DNA of 64,000 nucleotides, from contig CP136572.1 of NCBI GenBank assembly GCA_035193785.1, positions 4,756,578 to 4,820,577 of the forward strand, given 5' to 3'. Shown in pieces: positions 55,695-64,000 of the stretch. The notes under the pieces are model-generated. The model made no database searches. It was not told the DNA's origin and saw only the letters and a program-made list of their open reading frames with translations. The position numbers were made by a program, and so were the translations under genes. This stretch comes from Planktothrix sp. GU0601_MAG3. GTDB lineage: Bacteria; Cyanobacteriota; Cyanobacteriia; Cyanobacteriales; Microcoleaceae. Each line of letters begins with the position of its first letter. Position 1 is the first letter of the stretch.

Positions 55695-58600
55695 ATGCTA
55701 ATCTACACGACCCCGACATTCGACGTACAAGCAAAACAGCAAGGAATCCAGAGTCAAGTGGCGGAATTACTCGTCACCCTCAAGACTCAGGGGACAGTGG
55801 CGGTACAGGCGCTGTTTGAGTGGAATTATCCCTACTTAAAACGACCCGTGCGCAACTTGCGTTTGCTAGGAAAAATTCTCTGGGCAAATAATGACCCCAT
55901 TTTATGTTTATTGGCGGTTTTTCCCCGGGGAGGAAACGAGTATGAGGCATTTTTAAGAAATCCAGATGACTATGGTATCAGTCATCTGGATTCGTTAATT
56001 GATCCCAAGGAATTAGAAAATAGTATTCATGCTCAACGGGAAGAACAAAAAGCCTTTCCCCGTCGTCCCAGTTTGCCCGAAGATTTACGTCAAATTTGGT
56101 TAAAAGGGCCAGATTGGATTAAAAATACCACCGATGCGGTGATTTGTGAAAGTGAAATTTGGGTCACACAATTTAAACAACCAGACACTCAACTACAATG
56201 GCGAACCTATTATGACATTGTGGATGGTTTGGTGGAGAAAAAGTCAGGAATTGAAACCACAACCACTGACTTTTTAGGGGTTGAAATTGCCGGGCAACCG
56301 GAGCAAAATCGTTATATTATTTATAGTTGGATTCTCACCTCCGATACTCCCAACCGTAGCGTTTTATTTTTACTTTCTACCTTTGATCATTATCCCAATT
56401 CCCAGGATATTCTGGAAGTCGGTCAAATCACCCGTCTGTTTAATTCTACCTCGGAAGAAACCTCAGAAAACCCCAATCACAGTAATATTTTAGCCCAGGA
56501 ATTAACCTTAGAGGATTTAGCCCGTTATACCCGACGCTCCTATCCCGATTATTTATTAGGAGATTCGGAAATTTGGTTAGAAATTGAGCAGGAATTTGGG
56601 ATTAATTGGGCTTTATCAATGGAGGAAGAAAAAATTCTCCATGAATTATCTACCCCGGAAATTAGCAATAGTTCCCTACCAGTTTTTATTAATGGAAGGG
56701 CGGGAAGTGGTAAATCAACCATGTTATTTTATTTGTTTGCCGATTATTGTTATCGCTATCAAAAATATTATTTACAACATCGTCAACGATTAAACTCCGT
56801 GCCCCATCCTTTGTTTTTAACCTATAATGAACAATTATTAGGGAAAGCCAAGGAAGGGGTAAAAAAACTTCTCAAAAGTCACCATAAATTTTTATTAGAA
56901 ACCGATGGACAGGGAAATAAACCCTCAATTGATATTTGTTTTAAATCCTTTCAACAATTTTTATTAAGTTTACTTCCTCCAGAAGAAAGCGATAAATTTG
57001 ATCCCGATAAATATATTAGTTTCCATGATTTTAGGCAACGGTGTAGCCGTCGATATAGTCGTTATTCCCCCGAACTTTGTTGGCATATTATTAGAACTTT
57101 TATCAAAGGTTATACCCTAACCGGACAAAATGAAGGGTATATGACCCCCGATGATTATGAAGAAATACCCCGACGAGAACGGAGTTTATCCCTGGATATT
57201 TTTCAAGCTATTTATCGGCAGGTTTGGCCGTGGTATTATCAATTAACCACCCGCGAAAGCCATTGGGATGATCAGGATTTAATTAGAAAAGTTTTACAAT
57301 TTAGTGGGGATAATTTACCCGTTTATACGGCTATTTTCTGCGATGAAGCCCAGGATTTTACCAGTTTAGAAACTGCGTTTAATTATGCAGTTATCAATAT
57401 TTTCCCGTTGTGATTTATACCCCCCGGTTTGGTGTTTACCCTTTGCCTTTGCGGGTGATCCATTTCAGACCTTAAACCCCACGGGATTTCGCTGGGAAAG
57501 CGTCAAGGCGACCTTTTTTGATCAAGTGATTGCCGCCCTTGACCCAACCCGAAAACTTAATTTAACCATGACTTTTTATGAGCTTGAATCTAATTATAGA
57601 TCAAGTCCTTCTATTGTCAAAGTCACGAATTTAATTCATCTATGGCGACATATTTTATTTAAAATTCAAGAGTTAAGACCCCAGGAGTCTTGGCAATCTT
57701 ATATGGAGTCTCCCACCCCGCAAAAGTTTATTTTTGAACAGAATAATTTTTCCGCCGACTCCCTGAAACAACATATTGAAAAATCCCCGATTTTTATTGT
57801 TCCCTGTGAAGCGGGAGGGGAGTTAGACTATATTAGACGAGATGAATTTTTATCCCCTTTATTTCCCGACGCCACGGAAGAACATCCTCCTAAGAATATT
57901 TTAAGTGCAATTCAAGCAAAAGGATTAGAATTTCCTTTAGTTATTTTATATAAATTTGGGGATCAATTTGCCAGGGAATTTAATAAAAAACCTTTAATTG
58001 ATTATGTTCAAGGGACGGGGAATCACCCATTAGAATTAGAATACTTTTTTAATAAACTTTATGTCGCAGCTAGTCGAGGAATGTCGGATTTAGTAATTAT
58101 TGATACGGAAATTGGCGATCGCTGTTTATGGCAATATGCGACGGTTGAAAGATTAGTCGAAACCCCATCATTCAATTATCATAAATATTGGTTAAGTCAA
58201 GTTAACAAACCGGAGCATTGGCAAACCTATATTGGAGGAGTCCGTTGGGGGGATAATTTAGATGGATTACAACGGGATAACCGCGCCTCCCAAGCCCAAA
58301 AATTTGAAGAAAATGGTCGGAATCAAAAAAATGCCGCCGACCTGCGACGGGCGAAACAATTTTATCGAGAATTAGGACATTTAGAAAAAGCTGATTTATG
58401 TGAAGCCTTTGCCTTAAAATTCGATAAACGGTTTCGAGAAGCGGGGCGTTTATTCCTGAAAAGAAGTCAGGAATTAGAGGCGTGGGAGTGTTTCTGGGAT
58501 GGAATGTGTTGGCAAGCTTTGGCGGAATGGTATCGTCAATTTCCCCAGAAAAAAACTATAGAAAAACCCTTGGTTGAATTTATGGCACAAACGGCAAAAA

Positions 58601-59991
58601 CCTTGCCCAATATTCGACAATTTACTCAATTTTTAGAGGAGGGTTTGAGTAGTCAACTAATCAAAGAAAACCGCTTAGTTAAGGCTTGGAAATCGGCGGT
58701 ACAGGATTATAGTCGTCAAGTTAGAATATTGATGCGGGAAAAAATCCTAGACCCGGAAGAATGGCAACGGTTGGGAGAGGTTTTAGAGGGATTAGATGAA
58801 GCCAAATATAATGGGGTTTTGGAATTAGCCGGAGATTGTTATTATCGGGCTAAAAACCTACGTCGGGCTGTGCGATGTTGGCAGGAAAGCGGGGCTAATC
58901 AAAAACGAGAATATTATCTGGCCCAAGCTGAATTATCGGGATTTCCCGAAGGTTTACCCTATTTGGAAAAAGCCTTAGATTTTGAACGAATTATTGTGGA
59001 ATGGGAAAAATCTGGGAAGTCGGGAAACCAACAATGGTTAAAACATTTAGATTGTTTGGGACGGGCTTTGGAACGACAAAATCGCCTGCGGGATTGGATT
59101 AATTATTTAATTAGAATTAAACGTTGGATTGATGCGATCGCAGCGATCGAAAAATGTAGTAAACTAGAAGCAATTCTATTTAGGTTTGAACTAATTCGCC
59201 AAATTTCCCGTTCTAATTTAACCCCGGAACAGGCCCGGGATTTTCGAGGTCGCTATTTAGCCTTAATTGAAAAAGCCCTATCTGTCTCCAACTGGCGACA
59301 AAAATTGGCCATGGTTGAGGTGGGAGTTGCCTTAGAAAAAATTGGGGAATTAGTCCCAACTCTGAAATTTTATGAACGATTTATTAATAGTAATGAACCC
59401 GCTTTAAAACAGTTTGCTCAACAACGGTGGTTAGCAACTAAACTCAAACAAAAAGAATATGCTCAAGTTGCCGAACCCATCCGGGCGCAGGAAATCCAAC
59501 AAGATATTACCCGCCGGGCGAAGGATTGGAACATCGACCCCGCCACCCTCAATTCTGACCCCCCTCGGCTGGATGCAATCGAAAATCCTCAATTGCTCCA
59601 CCTTTCTCCCTCTGACCCCTCCCAGGCGAATCCTGACCCGGATGATGAAAGGGTTCAGGGTCTACCCCCCGGCACAAAAATTCGCCTGTTGGGGCCAGAA
59701 GCCGATGGCTTTAGTTTCCAAATTGGCCACATCCAGGTCAAACGAGCCAAACGGAATAATAGTTTATGGGTACTTTTAACAGATATTTATAGTTCTAAAG
59801 CCCTGCAAATTGAGGTTGATGGGACACAGGGAAAAGTCAGAATTGGAGAATTAATATTAGAAGTCGCCGACGGTCATCAACTTTCTTTTAATAGTATCAC
59901 GGGGGATTATCGAGGCACGGTTTTTTATCGAGATGAAAAGCCGAGGGTAGAGTTGCATATTCGGGGAATTTCTAGTATTATTTCCCTTTAA
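55695..59991 (+). CDS. Large superfamily 1 (UvrD-like) helicase with TPR-like C-terminal region, ~1430 aa (frameshift near 57372)
   Basis: GRAGSGKS, FLTYN, FCDEAQD, FAGDPFQTL, LESNYRS, QAKGLEF and LYVAASR motifs in order, followed by helical repeats. Confidence 0.85.
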
Positions 59992-60285
59992 TCAGTCATC
60001 AGTTGTAGGGGCGGGTTTATCAAGATGGGCGGTGATTTACCAAGATTTAAAAGAACCTGCCCGTACCGGTTATCAGTGTAAGAGTGATCAGTTTAATCAG
60101 TCATCAGTTGTAGGGGCGGGTTTATCAAGATGTGCGGTAATTAACAAAGATCTAAAAGAAACCCGCCCGTACCGGTTATCAGTGTAAGAGTTAGTAGTTT
60201 AATCAGTTATCCGTTTTAGAGGCAAATTCATTTGTGATTTAGGTGATTAATCAAGATAGGATAGAGCCCTGAAGGGCTTACTACG
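59986..60285. repeat. Two ~106-bp tandem REP-like units, a degenerate third, and a reversed GTAG-REP
   Basis: GTAGGGGCGGGTTT...AACC(C/T)GCCCGTAC units at 59986 and 60092; AGAGCCCTGAAGGGCTTACTAC at ~60263. Confidence 0.88.
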
Positions 60286-60310
60286 AATCAGGAACATTAG
60301 GTACATTTTT

Positions 60311-60673
60311 ATGCCAGAACAATTTTTTACACAACCGATTCCAGAAATTAGTGTTCAAGAGTTAGAAAAATTACTAAAAACGGCTCCTCAAACCGAGTTT
60401 CAGTTAATTGATGTGCGGGAACCCCAAGAAATCGAAATGGCAAAAATAGAGGGATTTATTAACTATCCTTTAAGTCAATATAGTGAATGGTCAGATCAAA
60501 TTTTAGTTCAACTTGACCCGCACCAAGAAACCTTAATTCTGTGTCATCATGGCATGAGATCTGCCCAAATGTGTCAATGGTTAATTCAGCAAGGTTTTAC
60601 CCATGTAAAAAATATTAATGGGGGAATTGATGCTTACTCCATTTTGGTTAATCCCCAGATTCCCCGATATTAA
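60311..60673 (+). CDS. Rhodanese-like domain protein
   Basis: LIDVREPQE, LCHHGMRS and GGIDAYS. Confidence 0.92.
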   Translation: MPEQFFTQPIPEISVQELEKLLKTAPQTEFQLIDVREPQEIEMAKIEGFINYPLSQYSEWSDQILVQLDPHQETLILCHHGMRSAQMCQWLIQQGFTHVKNINGGIDAYSILVNPQIPRY

Positions 60674-60709
60674 ACTCATCGAAAAAACATCCCCGTTATT
60701 TCAATAATA

Positions 60710-61849
60710 ATGATAGAAACCACCGTTAAAACAATTCAGAAGTCGGATTTTGTCATTGCTCCCTACATGAAAAGTAATAATTTATGGGGAACTTATCAAA
60801 TCTTAAATACCGTTGTTCCCTATCTGTTGTTATGGATTTTAGCCGTTAAATCTGCTGCTATTTCCCTATGGTTGCTACCGCCGATTATGGTGTTAATGAT
60901 CCTATTTTCAGTCCGTTGTTTTTCCTTAATGCACGACTGCGGACACTACTCCCTATTTAGTTCAAAAAAGGCGAATCGAGTCGTGGGTTTTATCCTCGGT
61001 GTGATTAACGCCATCCCCCAATATCCCTGGTCAAGAGGACACGCCTATCATCATAAAACTAATGGGGACTGGGAACGTTATCGCGGCCCCTCAGCTTTGA
61101 TTTCCACGGAGGAATTTGCTAAACTGAGTCCATCGGCTCAGGGGTGGTATGAATTTCTTAGACATCCCTTGATGATTTTCCCAGGAGGTTTTTTCTACCT
61201 AGCAATTAAACCCAGACTATCGTTAATCCTGGGAACTTATGGTTTTTTTGTTCATGTTTTAACTTCCTTAAAACAAAATCCAAATATTAGTTGGAGGGAG
61301 CATTTCTCATCCTACAAATCCAGAAATTGGTATACCACCGGTGAATTTTGGGATCTGCTTTTTAACAATATTTGTGTGGTTGGGGGCTGGATTATCCTCA
61401 GTAATTATCTGGGCTGGGGGTTCTTCTGGACAGTGTATTCAATTACCTTAACCTGTTCAGCGGCGCTGTTTATTTGTGTGTTTTTTGTACAACATAATTT
61501 TGAGGGTTCCTACGCCCACAAAACCGAAGGTTGGGACTATCTCCGAGGTGCAATTGAGGGTAGTAGTTACCTGGAATTACCCCCAATTTTAAAATGGTTT
61601 TCCGCCGATATTGGCTATCATAATATCCATCATCTTTGTGAAAGAATCCCCAACTATAACCTCGAAGCTTGTCATAATCAGAATATACATTTACTCGCCG
61701 GGGTAAAAACCTTGAGAATTTCAGATATTCCCGATTGTTTTAAGTTTATCCTCTGGGATTCTGCCGCTAACCGTCTAGTCTCAATCCGCTCATTTCGTCA
61801 AGCTGCTGCTTTCAATTCTCAAAACAAAATGGCAGCAGTGATTAAGTAA
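60710..61849 (+). CDS. Membrane fatty acid desaturase family protein
   Basis: His boxes HDCGH, HAYHH and HNIHH; IPNYNL. Confidence 0.92.
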   Translation: MIETTVKTIQKSDFVIAPYMKSNNLWGTYQILNTVVPYLLLWILAVKSAAISLWLLPPIMVLMILFSVRCFSLMHDCGHYSLFSSKKANRVVGFILGVINAIPQYPWSRGHAYHHKTNGDWERYRGPSALISTEEFAKLSPSAQGWYEFLRHPLMIFPGGFFYLAIKPRLSLILGTYGFFVHVLTSLKQNPNISWREHFSSYKSRNWYTTGEFWDLLFNNICVVGGWIILSNYLGWGFFWTVYSITLTCSAALFICVFFVQHNFEGSYAHKTEGWDYLRGAIEGSSYLELPPILKWFSADIGYHNIHHLCERIPNYNLEACHNQNIHLLAGVKTLRISDIPDCFKFILWDSAANRLVSIRSFRQAAAFNSQNKMAAVIK

Positions 61850-61882
61850 GTTTAAACCACCCTAACATGGAGACCCTTGATT

Positions 61883-62960
61883 ATGGTAGATCAATCTGTT
61901 CAATCTAACTTTTCCGATGCTATTGATCAAGGATATTACTTAGATCGAGATTGCACAACTTTATCCCGTCATGTTCTCCAACAACTGCATAGTTTTTCCC
62001 ACGATGCTCAGGATATTAGCGCCTTAATGAATCGCATCGGATTGGCGGGAAAACTCATCGCCCGCCGTTTATCTCAGTCGGGTTTAGTGGACGATGCGTT
62101 GGGGTTTACCGGGGCCGTAAACGTGCAGGGAGAGTCCGTACAACAGATGGATGTTTATTCCAATTCTGTGTTTATTTCGGTGTTCAAACAAAGCGGTTTA
62201 GTCTGTCGTTTGGCATCGGAAGAAATGGAAAAACCCTTTTATATTCCCGAAAATTGCCCGATTGGACGTTATACTTTGCTCTATGATCCCCTCGATGGTT
62301 CATCGAATTTAGATACTAACTTAAATGTCGGATCAATATTTGCCATTCGTCAACAGGAAGGTAATGATGAAAATGGGGAGGCGGCGGATTTATTGCAAAA
62401 TGGACGCAAACAAATTGCCGCTGGATATATTCTTTATGGCCCTAGTACAATTCTAGTTTATTCTATTGGAACCGGGGTTCATGCGTTTATTCTTGACCCC
62501 AGTTTGGGAGAATTTATTCTAGCCAAAGAGAATATTAAAATTCCCGACCACGGCCCGATTTATAGTGTGAATGAAGGGAATTTTTGGCAGTGGGATGAAT
62601 CCATTCGAGATTATACCCGTTATGTTCATCGCCATGAAGGATATACGGCCCGTTATAGTGGGGCTTTAGTCGGAGATGTTCACCGAATTTTATATCAAGG
62701 CGGCGTGTTTTTATATCCGGGAAACTGTTAAGAAACCCGAGGGAAAATTAAGGTTATTATATGAGTCTGCACCCATGGCATTTTTAATCGAACAAGCCGG
62801 AGGAATGGCTTCAACTGGAACCCAAGAAATTTTGGATGTTATTCCCGGAAAACTGCACCAACGCACCCCTTTAATTATTGGAAGTAAAGAGGATGTAATG
62901 TTAGTTAAATCATTCATTGAAGACCGCAAACGTAGGGAACAAGAAGGAGGTCTTGAGTAA
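61883..62960 (+). CDS. fbp: Class I fructose-1,6-bisphosphatase (frameshift near 62722)
   Basis: [21 protein letters not shown] and GKLRLLYE. Confidence 0.95.
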
Positions 62961-62989
62961 ATTCTATTCATCCCCAGAAAGCACCGAGT

Positions 62990-63038
62990 CCCTATTCCCT
63001 CCCTATTCCCTGTTCCCTGTTCCCTGTTCCCTGTTCCC
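62990..63038. repeat. Heptamer tandem repeat (CCCTGTT/CCCTATT)n
   Basis: Directly visible; translated as [11 protein letters not shown] at the end of the DnaJ ORF. Confidence 0.85.
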
Positions 63039-64000
63039 TTTTAATCTTAAATTTTGACGGGGTTTAAAGGTTTCAATTTGACGTAATTGTTCATACAATT
63101 CTCGTTCTTGGGGAGTAATGGTTTTAGGAATAACCACTTGAATTTCAATTAATTGGTCTCCCCTTTCTCCTTGGGGATTGGGATACCCTTTATTTGCCAA
63201 TCGTAACCTTTGACCCGATACCACCCCCAAAGGTAAACGCATTTTCACCAAACCATCTAAAGTCGGAATATCAATTTCTCCCCCTAATATAGCCTCCGTG
63301 GGAGTGACCGGAATTTGACAATAAATTTCCGATTTTTCTAATCTAAAAAATGGGTGGGGAGTAATATTAATTTTTAAAAATAAATCCCCGCCATTCACAC
63401 CTTGATTTTTTAATCTAATTTGTTGACCTTTAACCATTCCCGGGGGTAAGTCCACTTCTAAAGACCGCCCATCCTCTAAACGAATCCTTTCTGTGCCTCC
63501 AGTATAGGCCTTTTCTAAAGGTAAGGTTAATCGCGCCTCAATATCCCGTTTTGTTTCCCTAGGAGTCGGTTTATAAACTGCCTTTGTCCGGGGGGAATTA
63601 TAGGGGTCAGCCTCCGTCATTTGGGCTACTTTTGGGTCAACGGTTTCGGACTTCTCGCCGCCGTCCTAATAATTGGTCAACAAAGCTATCAAAATCCGAA
63701 AAATCCCCATAATCTACATCTTCAGTTTGAGAAATAGTCCGACGACTCCCCCAGTTTTTGATACCGGAAAAAGCATTTTTTTGCCAATCTTGAAACCCTT
63801 TTTGTTTCCAAAATTGACTATAATCATCATATTGCGCTCGTTTTTCAGGATCGGATAAAATATTATAGGCTTCTCCAATATCCTTAAAGGTTTCTTCCGC
63901 TTCCTTATCCCCAGGATTTAAGTCGGGGTGATATTGTCTTGCGAGTCGTCGATAAACTTTCTTGATTTCATCGACGGATGCTTCACGGGGAACCCCTAAA
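63003..64000 (-). CDS. DnaJ/CbpA-type chaperone (start lies outside the window; frameshifted near 63620-63660)
   Basis: J domain ([30 protein letters not shown]) at 63830-64000; C-terminal GDL, PTLDG and GQRLRL motifs. Confidence 0.9.

Overview
AT-rich cyanobacterial chromosome segment. Many HIP1 GCGATCGC octamers, heptamer tandem repeats and the gene set suggest a filamentous Oscillatoriales, Planktothrix-like genome (inference). Most of it is housekeeping and signalling: purC, folP, tpiA, ribF, moxR, cyAbrB, rrf2, cbiB, pyrR, adenylate cyclase, rsmB, tRNA nucleotidyltransferase, fumC, smpB, secA, sbtAB, ribD, a glycosylation cluster, fbp and dnaJ. About 20 genes, including essential ones, are split by single-base frameshifts that look like assembly errors. 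Main points of interest: (1) A 3.7 kb accessory island (10055-13791) bounded by two 47-bp REP-doublet direct repeats. It looks like an integron without its integrase: an attI-like site, a cassette encoding a putative HEPN (RxxxxH) protein, an attC-like site, an IS701-type element, an orphan gene plus HNH nuclease pair, and Phd/VapC toxin-antitoxin debris. (2) A TnpB-only IS200/IS605 element whose exact ends, TTAC target and empty site can be reconstructed. (3) A probable Yfr2 small RNA with its own sigma70 promoter. (4) A ~1430-aa SF1 helicase with RelE-like N-terminal and TPR-like C-terminal regions. (5) A GC-rich sbtAB block with an NdhR-type box. (6) Many GTAG-type REP palindromes and MITEs. 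No database searches were run; family calls come from motif recognition.
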